DNA of 64,000 bases from an uncultured Gemmatimonadales bacterium. GTDB taxonomy: Bacteria; Gemmatimonadota; Gemmatimonadetes; Gemmatimonadales; GWC2-71-9. The stretch is taken from the NCBI GenBank assembly GCA_963795085.1, contig CAWCFX010000004.1:64001-128000 (forward strand), read 5' to 3'. Below the pieces are notes generated by a model. The model saw only the letters and a program-made list of their open reading frames with translations. It was not told where the DNA came from and ran no database searches. Positions 39,766 through 49,548 of this stretch are shown piece by piece (position 1 is the stretch's first letter; every line of letters begins with the position of its first letter). Made by a program: the position numbers and the translations under genes.

Positions 39766-42293
39766 TGTGACTCCCTTTCCTCTCGCCGTCGCACAAACTC
39801 ACGCCGGGCCTGGTCAATATGGTGCAGGACGACCGCCTTCTCGGCTTCGGTGTTCCAGCCGGCATGGGCCCGGGCCGCCTCCTCCAGGCGATCGATCCAG
39901 GCGATGAAGAACTCGGCATCCCGGCGAGACCGGATGGGCCGGTTTCCCAGCAGGATGTAGATCGGGCTGGTGGTGGCGAAGGGGTGGATGTCCAGGATCG
40001 GCTCTGCCGGCCGCTCGCTCCAGGCGCGCAGGGTGTACCATCCACTTTCCCTCACCGGCAATGCCAGGGAGGTGTCAATGCGCGAGCGGCTGCCTCCGAG
40101 GGGAATCCTGGCTGCCACTTCGCCGTTGCGCACGATCTCCAGGTGATCAACTGGAACGATGGATCGAAGCGACACGTCGAATCGGACACGGCGGGGCCGC
40201 TCCAGCCGAATCTCGCCGCCGATGTCGGTTCCCTCCGCCGCAAACGTGAGCAGCGGGCCGTTGGTCACAAAGGTCCGGCCCGACCGCAGCCCTTCCAGCC
40301 AGCGGCGGTAGTCGAGCGGCAGAGCCGACTTCACGTAAACCCTCGTGGTTCCCAGCGGGCCACGAAGGGAGGCGTAGTTGGTCATCGCATCGGTCCCCGC
40401 CCCGGCCGGGATCCGGAACCCGGTGTTGAGCAATCGGTACCAGACCCGGGCCGTCGAGAAATGATCACTGAAGCCCATGACCTCGTAGTAATCAAGCTTC
40501 CCCAGCGCTGCGTCGACCGGGAGGGCGTTGGTCAGAGGTACCTCGACCCGGGCGGGGTCGGGTAGTTCGTCGAACGGATGCACGTACCCGAACAGGGCTC
40601 CCTGTGCCCTGGCCAGGTCGCTGGCCGTGGCGTTGTCCGGGTAGAGGCTGGCGGCGGCCGTGTTGACGTATCCGGCATAGTCCGGCAACAGCAGGTTGCG
40701 GGTCAGTCCCAGAATGCCGGCGTGGCCCCAGAAGCTGGTGTGGTACTCCTGGTCGTGGGCCACCAGCAGGTCCGGGCCGGACACGGAATCCAGGCTCCCG
40801 GTGAAATAGGCGATGTCCGGAATCCGTCCCTCCTTATTCACTATCAGGTTCTCCACCACATGCAGCCCTTCGGCCCTGGCCTGGAGGGCCAGCGAAGCCG
40901 GGGTGGCGCGGTAGCTCCCGCCGTAGTTCATGTGGACATGAAGGTCCCCGCTGGTCCAGCCCTGGCTCGCCAGGTCAGCCAGGCGTTCCATTGGGGCATT
41001 GACCGTGACGGCGCGAGCCGGCCCTACCCGGACCGTCGTGCGAAACACCTTGAACTCCGGCCCCCGACTGATCTCCACCGACACCACTCCCGCCGGGAGC
41101 GTTAGTGTTGAGGACCCCGGGATGTGGAAGTACCCATACTCCATCCGTCGCGCGGCAGGGTTGAAGCCATCGTCCGCATGGTGCCAGGCATCCGGCGGAG
41201 CCGCGCTGCGGCCATCTTCGAGGCGCAGGGATACCCGGGCCGGCATCGGCAGGCCGGCCGGGCCGGTCACCGTGATTCGAAGTTGGCCGGTGGGAACCCG
41301 ATAGGCCAGCGTTTCTGGCACGACCCGGGTGCGAGCCCCGCCGGGAACCTGGAGCACCCACAGACTGGTATTGCCCCCCTCATTGGACACGTAGGCAATG
41401 TGGCGCCCGGCAGGAGACCACCGGGGCGCCGTGGCATCATGGTCCCCATAGGTCAACTGGAAGGCATCGCCGCCATCGGCCGGCACCAGCCAGAGTTGGT
41501 TCCACTGGCGGCCGAGGTAGGAGCTGTAGATGATGCGGCGGCCATCGGGCCCCCAGTCGGGCCGGGCCTTCCAGGTGGTCTCTTCATGGTGGACCGATCG
41601 CAGCGTCCCGCCAGCCCGGGCCGGCATCCGCCAGAACCCGCCGGTGCCCCAGACGCTTCCGCGGTTGGAAACCAGCAGGATCTCTTCGCCATCCGGCGAC
41701 CAGCTGGGCGACAGGTAGTGATCGAAAGCGCTGTAGTAATATCGAGGCAGCCCGCTGTCGCGATCCTCGGTGATCCGCGTGGTCCCGGCTACCCGTCCAT
41801 TGGCCAGGCGCGCCACGAACACGTGCCAGCGGCCTTCATGCCGGGTGCTGACGTACGCGATCCGGGTGCCGTCGGGTGACCATCGTGGTTCGACGTTCAC
41901 GGCGCTGTCCTCCAGCAGCGGCCGGGACACCAGGGTGGCAAGGTCGAGCAGCCACAGGCCCAGCGCATGGCCGCGATAGGAGACATACACCACGGATCGT
42001 CCGTCCGGCGACCAATCCGGCTGGTAGTCGTACCCGTCCCCCGCGGTGATCTGCTCCGCCCGCCCGCTGCCGATCCGCTGGCGCCACAGCGATCCGCCCA
42101 TGGAATAGATCAACGCCTGGCCATCCGGAGACCAGGTGGCCGAGCTGGGTCCGGTGGTCAACTGGGGCAGGTACATCTCGCGGAAGTAGTAACTGTGGGG
42201 AACCCGAATCTGGCTGAACACCGGCTCGCGCTGCGCCAGTACGGGTGAGGCGATTACTCCGAGGCCCAGCAGCAGGACCAGGTGACCCTTCAT
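39762..42293 (-). CDS. Secreted TolB-like propeller + CehA/McbA-family (PHP-like) metallohydrolase
   Basis: Repeated (P)xWSPDG; SGDLHVH, QEYH..FWGH, YVHP, AGAGTD, GRTFVTNGP. Confidence 0.85.
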   Translation of the reverse strand: MKGHLVLLLGLGVIASPVLAQREPVFSQIRVPHSYYFREMYLPQLTTGPSSATWSPDGQALIYSMGGSLWRQRIGSGRAEQITAGDGYDYQPDWSPDGRSVVYVSYRGHALGLWLLDLATLVSRPLLEDSAVNVEPRWSPDGTRIAYVSTRHEGRWHVFVARLANGRVAGTTRITEDRDSGLPRYYYSAFDHYLSPSWSPDGEEILLVSNRGSVWGTGGFWRMPARAGGTLRSVHHEETTWKARPDWGPDGRRIIYSSYLGRQWNQLWLVPADGGDAFQLTYGDHDATAPRWSPAGRHIAYVSNEGGNTSLWVLQVPGGARTRVVPETLAYRVPTGQLRITVTGPAGLPMPARVSLRLEDGRSAAPPDAWHHADDGFNPAARRMEYGYFHIPGSSTLTLPAGVVSVEISRGPEFKVFRTTVRVGPARAVTVNAPMERLADLASQGWTSGDLHVHMNYGGSYRATPASLALQARAEGLHVVENLIVNKEGRIPDIAYFTGSLDSVSGPDLLVAHDQEYHTSFWGHAGILGLTRNLLLPDYAGYVNTAAASLYPDNATASDLARAQGALFGYVHPFDELPDPARVEVPLTNALPVDAALGKLDYYEVMGFSDHFSTARVWYRLLNTGFRIPAGAGTDAMTNYASLRGPLGTTRVYVKSALPLDYRRWLEGLRSGRTFVTNGPLLTFAAEGTDIGGEIRLERPRRVRFDVSLRSIVPVDHLEIVRNGEVAARIPLGGSRSRIDTSLALPVRESGWYTLRAWSERPAEPILDIHPFATTSPIYILLGNRPIRSRRDAEFFIAWIDRLEEAARAHAGWNTEAEKAVVLHHIDQARREFVRRREERESQ

Positions 42294-43654
42294 CGCGCCT
42301 GGGTGCGCCGGCCGCGCAGGTAGAAGATCCCCCCGAACAGGATCGACCCGAGGGCGCCGCCCACCACCTTGAGTTCATAGGTCCACAGGTCGGTGGTGCC
42401 TGGCGGCGGAATCATGGCAAGAATCATCGCGAACGCCGTCAGGCAGAAACCGGCAGCGCCCACCAGGAGACGCCGGATGCCCAACCGTCCGGGACGAAGC
42501 ACGATGTAGGCGAGGAAGAGGTAGAGAAATGGAATGAAATACACCAGCACCATCGTACTCAGCAGGATGAGATACACCCGCTCTACCGTGCTGCCCTGGC
42601 CCAGCGAGGCAAGCAGCAGGAAGACCGTGGCCAGAGAGGCATGAATGAGAATGGCGACGTACGGGGTCTTCCAGGTCGGGTGGATGCGGCCGAACGCCGG
42701 CGGGAAATACCGGTCCAGGCCGATCATCAGCGCCACCCGTGCCGGCCCCACCAGCCAGGCGCCCACGTTGCCCAGGTTACCCACTACGTACATCGCCGCC
42801 GCCAGGGGGATCAGCCAGGCGACTCCCCCGGCGCCGGCCGCGATGGCCTGCAGGAACCCGGACACGACGTTGACCTCTCCGGCGGGCACCAGGTAGAGGA
42901 CCGAGGCCGTACCCAGGATGTACAGACCGGCGATCAGCGGTGCCGAGATATAGACGGACCGTGGCAGGTTGCGCGTGGGGTCGGCGGTCTCTCCGCCCAT
43001 GGATGGCGCCAGTTCCAGCCCCGCGAAGGCGAACGCCACCGAGGCCCACAGGTTGAGCTGGTTGAAATCGCTGAAGTCCGGCAGCAGCGACGGAGCGCTG
43101 AACGGCGTAGCCGGTGGTCCGTGGAAGGCCGCCCATGCACCGAGGCCGAGAAGGACGAGGCCAGGCAGGTACGAACCGATAGCGCCGATGTTCTGCAGCC
43201 ACTTGCCGGTGCTGAGTCCCACGATGTTGACGCCCGTCGCGAGCCAGAGCATGGCCAGGGTGGCGATGAAGACATAACCCCGGTTCTCCATCAGGCCGGA
43301 GCCCTCCTGGCCGGTCACGTACGTGGCGATCACCGCCGTGGACATGAGCAGGCTCGGTGGGTACAGCACGTTGTTGACCCAGTAACACCAGCCGCAGAGA
43401 AACCCGTGACCTTCGCCGAACGCGCGCTTGGTCCAGGCATAAATGCCACCCTGCTCTGGAAACCGTGCACCCAGGTCGGCCACGGCGAGGCCCTGGGGAA
43501 CGAAGAAGAGCAGGGCGGCCAGCAGCCAGAGGGTGAGCGCGCTCCATCCGTTAGACGCGGAGGTGGCAAGCCACCGAAGGCTGAGTACCGCGACCACATT
43601 GAAGAACACGAGGTCGCGGAGCCGAAGCGCGCGGGGAAGTTGCGGCGAGGTGAT
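42290..43654 (-). CDS. APC-family amino acid/polyamine permease
   Basis: About 12 TM helices; LRDLVFF, GGIYAW..AFG, FAFAGLE, HPTWKTP. Start placed at ATC 43654 after GGAGG; the first standard start is GTG 43609. Confidence 0.88.
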   Translation of the reverse strand: MTSPQLPRALRLRDLVFFNVVAVLSLRWLATSASNGWSALTLWLLAALLFFVPQGLAVADLGARFPEQGGIYAWTKRAFGEGHGFLCGWCYWVNNVLYPPSLLMSTAVIATYVTGQEGSGLMENRGYVFIATLAMLWLATGVNIVGLSTGKWLQNIGAIGSYLPGLVLLGLGAWAAFHGPPATPFSAPSLLPDFSDFNQLNLWASVAFAFAGLELAPSMGGETADPTRNLPRSVYISAPLIAGLYILGTASVLYLVPAGEVNVVSGFLQAIAAGAGGVAWLIPLAAAMYVVGNLGNVGAWLVGPARVALMIGLDRYFPPAFGRIHPTWKTPYVAILIHASLATVFLLLASLGQGSTVERVYLILLSTMVLVYFIPFLYLFLAYIVLRPGRLGIRRLLVGAAGFCLTAFAMILAMIPPPGTTDLWTYELKVVGGALGSILFGGIFYLRGRRTQAR

Positions 43655-43725
43655 GGAAGCCTCCCGGAAAAAACGTGGATTGCGTATGAGCCCGACTTGG
43701 AAGGTTCGACCGGATGCACGCAGAA

Positions 43726-43805
43726 ATATGACCCGGCCCGCGTTTTCCCGGTTGCCCCCATGCCCGACATTGCGCCGATATTCCCTCTATAGGGGCGGAA
43801 GCCTC
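43726..43805 (-). repeat. Dispersed ~80-bp intergenic element, copy B
   Basis: Minus strand reads GAGGCTTCCGCCCCTATAGAGGGAATATCGG...GGAAAACGCGGGCCGGGTCATAT, matching 8796..8876. Confidence 0.75.
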
Positions 43806-43826
43806 AGGGCCGCCGGGCCGCCGGGC

Positions 43827-44591
43827 CTATCCCAGGTAGAGCCGCTTCGGATCCAGTTGCTCCCGCAGCAGCGTCAGCTCCCGTTCCGTCGGAGGGGCGA
43901 CGCTCCCCGGTTCACTCCGGGACTGCAGGGCCCAGCCCACCCCCGCCCTGACCTCCTCCGCCGAGATCCCCGGATACAGTTTCGTCAGCACCAGCTCACC
44001 GGTCGCCGGGTCGGCCTCGAGAATCGCCTTGTCGGTGATGACCTTCACCGGGCCAGCGCCGGGCATCCCCAGGGCTGAGCGCGGCGTGCCATCCCGAAAA
44101 CGGTGGCCCGGGCTGGTGATGAAATCGACCTGTTCCGGAAACGCCCGGCGGTCCAGCCGGCTGATGATAAGCGTCCGTTGGGCGTGGATGGCGATCTCGG
44201 CGGCGCCGCCGCTCCCCGGCAGACGCACCTTGGGGTTGTCATAGGATCCGACCACGGTGGTGTTGATGTTGCCATACCGGTCGATCTGGGCGCCCCCCAG
44301 GAAGCCTACTTCGATCCGGCCGTTCTGCAGGATCATCTGAAATACCTGGGCCATCCCGCACACCATGAGCGAACCGGTGACCAGGGCCGGGTCTCCAATC
44401 GAGACCGGGACCCGCTCCGGCACCGCGCCCACCGCCCCCGACTCGTAGATCAGCACCAGGTTGGGGGCATGGATCGCACGAGCCAGGTTGCAGGCGAGAT
44501 TGGGGAGGCCAATCCCGACAAAAACGACCTCGCCGTCGCCCAACTCCCGGGCCGCAACGGCGGTCATCATTTCCGCAGGGGTATAGGTCAT
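43827..44591 (-). CDS. catJ: CoA-transferase subunit B, CatJ/PcaJ (GctB-like) type 3-oxoadipate CoA-transferase
   Basis: EMM..AAR.L, FVGIGLP..NLAR, LIYESG (catalytic Glu), GFLGGAQIDRYGNINTT, VRLPGSGGAAEIA. Confidence 0.8.
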   Translation of the reverse strand: MTYTPAEMMTAVAARELGDGEVVFVGIGLPNLACNLARAIHAPNLVLIYESGAVGAVPERVPVSIGDPALVTGSLMVCGMAQVFQMILQNGRIEVGFLGGAQIDRYGNINTTVVGSYDNPKVRLPGSGGAAEIAIHAQRTLIISRLDRRAFPEQVDFITSPGHRFRDGTPRSALGMPGAGPVKVITDKAILEADPATGELVLTKLYPGISAEEVRAGVGWALQSRSEPGSVAPPTERELTLLREQLDPKRLYLG

Positions 44592-44663
44592 GATCTCGGG
44601 TTTCCCATAAAGCACTGTGCGAGCCTTCCCTCCAACCCGGAGAGGGGGATAGGGGGTGAGGAC

Positions 44664-45587
44664 CTAGAACCCATAATTCACCGGGGAGCTCAGCCGCTCG
44701 CTCGCGTGGAGGCGTGCGGCCAGCCCGGGTTGCCGGGCCATGTAGGCCGCTCGGTCGGGAACGTCGTACACAAATTCCTGCAGGTAGCTCTTGAGTTTCG
44801 ACGGATCGCGAGAGACCGGCTCCCACGCCACGTAGAAGTCATTGTCCCGGTCATAGTAACCCTGGGCGTAGGAGGGGTGTGCGCCCCACGGCTCAACCAC
44901 CACGGAGTCCACAATCATGCCCGGAATGAGTGTCCGGTTGGGATCCGACCGGATCACCGATTCCTCGACCAGTTCCTCCACCACCACGATCACCCGCTTC
45001 GAGGCAAAGGCGGCTTCCTGCTGGACGCCGAGCAGGCCCCACACCTGGGTGTTTCCCTGGGTGTCGGCCCGCTGGGCATGGATAATGGTGACATCGGGAT
45101 TGAGGGCCGGTACCGTCGCGAGCACTTCACCGGTGTAGGGACAGGTCACCGTGCGAATCAGCGGATTCGCACTGGCCAGATCCGTCCCCATGTAGTCCCG
45201 GAGCGTCCAGAAGGGAAGCCGTGCGGCGCCGGCGCTCAGCCGCGCCACCATGCCGAAGTGGGAATACTCCTCGATTTCGAGTGGCTGGTCGGCCTTGCCC
45301 TCCACCGCCCGCCGGAAGGCGTGCAGCGACCCCGCCCCCGGATTCCCCGCCCAGCTGAAGACCAGCTTGCGGGCTACCCCGGCGGCAATCATCTGGTCGT
45401 AGATCAGATCGGGAGTGAGCCGGCAGATGGTCAAGTCCTTCCGGCGCTGCCGAATGATCTCGTGCCCCGCCGCAAAACAGATCAGGTGGGTAAATCCCTC
45501 GATCACCACGGTATCACCGTCGTGGACGTGGCGGGCGATGGCATCCTTCAGGGACACCACCTTCGATAGCGCCGGTTCTTTATGCAT
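44664..45587 (-). CDS. catI: CoA-transferase subunit A, CatI/PcaI (GctA-like) type 3-oxoadipate CoA-transferase
   Basis: DGDTV.IEGFTHLI..AAGHEIIRQ, TPDLIYDQ, LVFSWAGNPG.GSLH, EEYSH, CPYTGE, GAHPSYAQGYYDRDN. Confidence 0.8.
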   Translation of the reverse strand: MHKEPALSKVVSLKDAIARHVHDGDTVVIEGFTHLICFAAGHEIIRQRRKDLTICRLTPDLIYDQMIAAGVARKLVFSWAGNPGAGSLHAFRRAVEGKADQPLEIEEYSHFGMVARLSAGAARLPFWTLRDYMGTDLASANPLIRTVTCPYTGEVLATVPALNPDVTIIHAQRADTQGNTQVWGLLGVQQEAAFASKRVIVVVEELVEESVIRSDPNRTLIPGMIVDSVVVEPWGAHPSYAQGYYDRDNDFYVAWEPVSRDPSKLKSYLQEFVYDVPDRAAYMARQPGLAARLHASERLSSPVNYGF

Positions 45588-45593
45588 GGATAA

Positions 45594-46286
45594 TCAGTTG
45601 GAGTTTCCCGCCCCTTCGACCGCTTCGATCTCGGCGATCAGGCGGTCGCTGGCGCCAGCGAGGTGTTCGGTGAGGAGCGTTTCCGCCCCGGCCGCGTCGT
45701 GGGCGACGAGAGCGGCCAGCAAGGCCCGGTGCTCGGCATCGAACACACTGCGGTACTTGAGCATCAGGTCGTAGGATAGCCAATACCGGTCCACCCGGTG
45801 CAGAAGTTCGGTGATCAGCTCCTGCAGGCGGGGCCGCTGGTCGAGATCATAGATCAGGGTGTGGAACTCCATGTCCAGCGACCCCCAGCTGCCGCCGTCG
45901 GTGGCCTGCTCCGCCGTATCCAGCACCGCTTGAGCCCGGGCCAGGGTCTCGGCGGACAGGGCCGGCGACGAGCGGCGGATCGCTCCAGACTCCAGCAGTG
46001 AACGTATCTCGTAGATCTCCCGGATCTCCTCGGTGGAGAGCGCGCTGACCGTGGCCCCTCGGTTCGGCTGGTAAGTGACCAGGCCTTCCGATTCCAGTTG
46101 GCGCAGCGCCTCGCGGACGGGAATGTGGCTCACCTGCAGGTTCGCCGCGATCTCCGCCTGGGGGAGCGGCTGCCGAGCCTTGAGCCGCCCGGTTGTGATG
46201 GCCTCCCGAAGGGCGGCGGCAACCACTTCGTGAGTGGCCTGGCGACCGGGACGTCGGACCCTACCTAAAGCAGTGGTAATACTCAA
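45594..46286 (-). CDS. GntR (FCD/FadR subfamily) transcriptional regulator
   Basis: wHTH LREAI..G...VSHIPVREAL.QLESEGL..PNRGA; FCD domain with EFH and EHRALL. Confidence 0.92.
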   Translation of the reverse strand: MSITTALGRVRRPGRQATHEVVAAALREAITTGRLKARQPLPQAEIAANLQVSHIPVREALRQLESEGLVTYQPNRGATVSALSTEEIREIYEIRSLLESGAIRRSSPALSAETLARAQAVLDTAEQATDGGSWGSLDMEFHTLIYDLDQRPRLQELITELLHRVDRYWLSYDLMLKYRSVFDAEHRALLAALVAHDAAGAETLLTEHLAGASDRLIAEIEAVEGAGNSN

Positions 46287-46332
46287 AGCTTGCTCTTCCG
46301 ATCAGTTGAGAAGGACCGTACGGTGACTGCGC

Positions 46333-46361
46333 TTGCAACAGAATATATTATATATTATCTT
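46333..46361 (+). promoter_or_regulatory. Putative kamA sigma70 promoter with an AT-rich operator in its spacer
   Basis: TTGCAA-N17-TATCTT; the region contains ATATATT-ATATATT (near-palindrome AATATATTATATATT), between divergent gntR and kamA. Confidence 0.6.
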
Positions 46362-46434
46362 CCATTCAGTCAACAGCCACCGCGGACCCAATCACGCGGC
46401 GGTTCCTCCTGTTTCCTGTTTCGACGGGTTACCC

Positions 46435-47796
46435 ATGAGCGATTCAACGACGGTCGAAACCATCCAGCAGCCGATCCAGTATCCGCCGGCCCGCGAGTAT
46501 GTGGAACCGGATTGGACCCGGCTGCCCGGATTCCGTGGTGCTTCCCGGGAAGACTGGGAAAGCGCCCTCTGGCAGCGAAAGAACACGGTCAAGAACCTGA
46601 AGGAGCTCAAGGCGGTGCTGGGCCCCCTCCTTCCGGAAACCCTGTTCGCGAGCATCGCTCGCGACCAGGAGGAGCGGGCGACCATGTCCATGCTATTGCC
46701 GCCCCAGATGATCAATACCATGAACACGGAGAATCTCTGGGAGGACCCGGTGCGCCGCTACATGGCGCCTGCCCTGGACGACCGGCGGACTGACTGGCCC
46801 AACCATCCCATGGCCTCGCGGGACAGTCTGCATGAGGCCGAGATGTGGAAAGTGGAAGGCCTCACCCATCGCTATCCCACCAAGGTCCTGGCGGAATTGC
46901 TATCGACCTGTCCCCAGTACTGCGGGCACTGCACCCGCATGGACCTGGTCGGCAATGACGTGCCCCAGGTGGACAAGCTCAAGTTCGTGACGCCCCAGAA
47001 GAGCCGCCACCAGCAGATCCTGGAGTACCTCCGCCAGACGCCCTCGGTGCGGGACGTCGTCGTATCCGGCGGCGATATCGCCAACTTGCCGATCACGGTC
47101 CTGGAGCCGTTCATCAGCGCCCTGCTCGATATTCCGAGCATCCGGGATATTCGGCTGGCCAGCAAGGGCCTGATGGGTATTCCCCAGCATTTCCTGCAGG
47201 AGTCGGTCGTCGATGGGATGGCCCGCCTGGCCAGGAAGGCGATCGAGCGGGGCGTGGACCTGGCGCTGCATACCCACGTCAACCACGCGCAGCAGGTCAC
47301 GCCGCTGGTGGGCCGGGCCGCCCAGAAACTGCTGGAGATCGGCTTCCGCGATGTCCGGAACCAGGGTGTGCTTCTCCGCGGGGTGAACACCACTCCGCAG
47401 GACCTGCTCGAACTCTGCTTCATGCTGCTCGATCACGCCAAGATCATGCCCTACTACTTCTACATGTGCGACATGATTCCGAATTCGGAGCACTGGCGGC
47501 TCGGCGTCTTTGAGGCGCAGCAGCTGCAGCATGACATCATGGGGTACCTCCCCGGTTTTGCCACGCCGCGGATCGTGTGCGACGTGCCCTTCGTCGGCAA
47601 ACGCTGGATTCACCAGCTGGCGGACTACGACCGGGAAAAAGGTATCAGCTACTGGACCAAGAACTACCGCACCGGCATCGAGATGGACGATCCCGAGGCG
47701 CTCAACCGGAAATACGAGTATTACGATCCGATTTACCTCCTGCCGGAATCGGGGCAGGAATGGTGGCAGAAACAGTACCCTCAAGGCGGGAGGTAA
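46435..47796 (+). CDS. kamA: KamA-family radical SAM/PLP aminomutase, probably lysine 2,3-aminomutase
   Basis: GLTHRYP, CPQYCGHCTR (CxxxCxxC), VVSGGD, HVNH, NQGVLLRGVN, PYYFYMCD, CDVPFVGK (PLP Lys). Confidence 0.88.
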   Translation: MSDSTTVETIQQPIQYPPAREYVEPDWTRLPGFRGASREDWESALWQRKNTVKNLKELKAVLGPLLPETLFASIARDQEERATMSMLLPPQMINTMNTENLWEDPVRRYMAPALDDRRTDWPNHPMASRDSLHEAEMWKVEGLTHRYPTKVLAELLSTCPQYCGHCTRMDLVGNDVPQVDKLKFVTPQKSRHQQILEYLRQTPSVRDVVVSGGDIANLPITVLEPFISALLDIPSIRDIRLASKGLMGIPQHFLQESVVDGMARLARKAIERGVDLALHTHVNHAQQVTPLVGRAAQKLLEIGFRDVRNQGVLLRGVNTTPQDLLELCFMLLDHAKIMPYYFYMCDMIPNSEHWRLGVFEAQQLQHDIMGYLPGFATPRIVCDVPFVGKRWIHQLADYDREKGISYWTKNYRTGIEMDDPEALNRKYEYYDPIYLLPESGQEWWQKQYPQGGR

Positions 47797-47799
47797 AGC

Positions 47800-49155
47800 A
47801 TGGTGACCCAGACCGAACCCCAGACGAAAGCCCGGGAGACCTCTGCGCCGGAGTACCCCCGGATCCTGACGCCGCCGCCCGGGCCCCGGGGCCGCGCCAT
47901 AGTGGACCAGGACGCCGAGTGGACCTCGACATCCTATATCAAGGAGTATCCGCTCGTCTTCGCCGGCGGGAAGGGCGCCATGGTCGAGGACGTGGACGGC
48001 AACCGGTACATCGATTTCATGGCCGGCATCGCCGTTTCGGCCACCGGGTACAACCACCCGAAGGTCGTGGCGGCCATCCAGGACCAGGCCGCCCGGTTTC
48101 TGCACGCCTGCGGCACCGACTTCTACTTCGAGAATTTTGCCCGGCTCGCCGAGCGGTTGGCCCGCTCGGTACCGGGTCCGAACAAGAAACGGGTCTTCCT
48201 GACCAACTCGGGCACCGAGGCGGTGGAGGGCGCCATCAAACTGGCCCGGAACCACACCGGCCGCACCGCGCTGATCGCGTTCCACGGCTCGTTTCATGGC
48301 CGCACCTACGGCGCCATGAGCCTGACATCCAGCAAGACCAAGCAGCGCAAGGGATTCGGGCCGTTCCTGCCGGAGGTGTACCACGTACCCTACCCGGCCC
48401 CATACCGGCTGGGCGGTGACGGAGCGGCCAGCGCCGTGTCCCTGAATGCACTGCAGGAGATGTTCGATCGCCAGCTGAGTCCCACCGACGTCGCCGCCAT
48501 CTTCGTCGAACCGGTCCAGGGCGAGGGCGGCTACGTCCTCCCGCCGGCCGGCTTCCTCCGTTCGCTGCGGGAGCTCTGCGACCAGCACGGCATCCTCCTG
48601 GTAGCAGACGAGGTGCAGTGCGGGGTCGGCCGCACCGGGAAGATGTGGGCCTGCGAATGGGACGGGGTGGAGCCCGATATCCTGTGCACCGCCAAGGGGC
48701 TCGGCAGCGGCATGCCAATCGGGGCGTTCATCGCGAAGGAGTCGGTGATGACCTGGGAGTCGGGGGCTCACGGCTCCACCTTTGGAGGCAACCCGGTCGG
48801 TTGCGCCGCGGCCCTGGCCACTCTGGATATCGTCGAGGAATCCCTGCCCCACGTCCTCGCCATGGGCGACCGGATCCTCGCCGCCGCCCGGGTACTCCAG
48901 CAGAAGTATCCGGTCATCGGCGATGTCCGGGGCAAGGGCCTGATGATCGGCATCGAGTTTGTGAAGGACCGGAAGACCAGGGAACCCTACCCCGAGCTGG
49001 TGGACCGGATCACCGAGCGTGCCTTCGCCAAGGGCCTTCTCCTCCTCGGCTGCGGCAAGAGCGCTTTCCGCCTGGCGCCACCCCTGGTCCTGAACGAGTA
49101 CGATGTGGACACCGGGATGGCGATACTGGGAGAGTGCTTGGGGGAGGAGAAGTGA
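47800..49155 (+). CDS. Class-III PLP aminotransferase (GabT/ornithine omega-aminotransferase-like)
   Basis: DVDGNRYIDF, NSGTEAVE, SFHGRT, EPVQGEGG, DEVQCG.GRTG, AKG, STFGGNP; starts 3 nt after the kamA stop. Confidence 0.9.
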   Translation: MVTQTEPQTKARETSAPEYPRILTPPPGPRGRAIVDQDAEWTSTSYIKEYPLVFAGGKGAMVEDVDGNRYIDFMAGIAVSATGYNHPKVVAAIQDQAARFLHACGTDFYFENFARLAERLARSVPGPNKKRVFLTNSGTEAVEGAIKLARNHTGRTALIAFHGSFHGRTYGAMSLTSSKTKQRKGFGPFLPEVYHVPYPAPYRLGGDGAASAVSLNALQEMFDRQLSPTDVAAIFVEPVQGEGGYVLPPAGFLRSLRELCDQHGILLVADEVQCGVGRTGKMWACEWDGVEPDILCTAKGLGSGMPIGAFIAKESVMTWESGAHGSTFGGNPVGCAAALATLDIVEESLPHVLAMGDRILAAARVLQQKYPVIGDVRGKGLMIGIEFVKDRKTREPYPELVDRITERAFAKGLLLLGCGKSAFRLAPPLVLNEYDVDTGMAILGECLGEEK

Positions 49156-49330
49156 GAAGTGAGCCGTGAAAAGTGCTCAGAAAGTGAAATTGGAAGGGGC
49201 GCTCGATGGTGGAGCGCCTTTTCAGCGTCCTGCACTTTCTCGCTGTGCGGCAGGTTTGGCAGCATTGCAGAACGCGTTACATGCTAGTGGACTGTCTCAC
49301 ATGTTTCGATAGTCGCTGTCGAACACCTCG

Positions 49331-49446
49331 CCACGGAGCCACGAAGCACACGGAGGTAGCACGGAGCACCCACCGTAGCGGGCTCCCAATACCTTGGTGG
49401 CAGCATGAAGCTTCTTCGTGCTGCCGTGAACTTCGTGACTCCGTGG
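49331..49446. repeat. Long imperfect inverted repeat built from CACG(G/A)AG units
   Basis: Left arm CCACGGAGCCACGAAGCACACGGAGGTAGCACGGAG (49331-49366) pairs with right arm CTTCGTGCTGCCGTGAACTTCGTGACTCCGTGG (49414-49446). Confidence 0.75.
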
Positions 49447-49548
49447 TGAATCAGTTCTTGCCCACCTGATCGGGACCTTGTATACAGTCCACTAGTCTTG
49501 GACCATGAGGAACCATCGCAGCTTGTGGCCTGGCCCCCCTCTCACTTC

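Noticed and set aside
37681..39960. Long antisense or alternative-frame ORFs (e.g. 37681..39960 +, 46900..48852 -, 22042..23904 -, 42245..43792 +)
   Set aside because: They are shadow ORFs of well-supported genes in high-GC DNA, rich in Arg/Pro/Gly and without recognisable motifs.
46435..47796. EpmB (EF-P beta-lysylation) or ablA osmolyte gene
   Set aside because: The protein is longer than EpmB, no efp, epmA or ablB is adjacent, and it is coupled to an aminotransferase.
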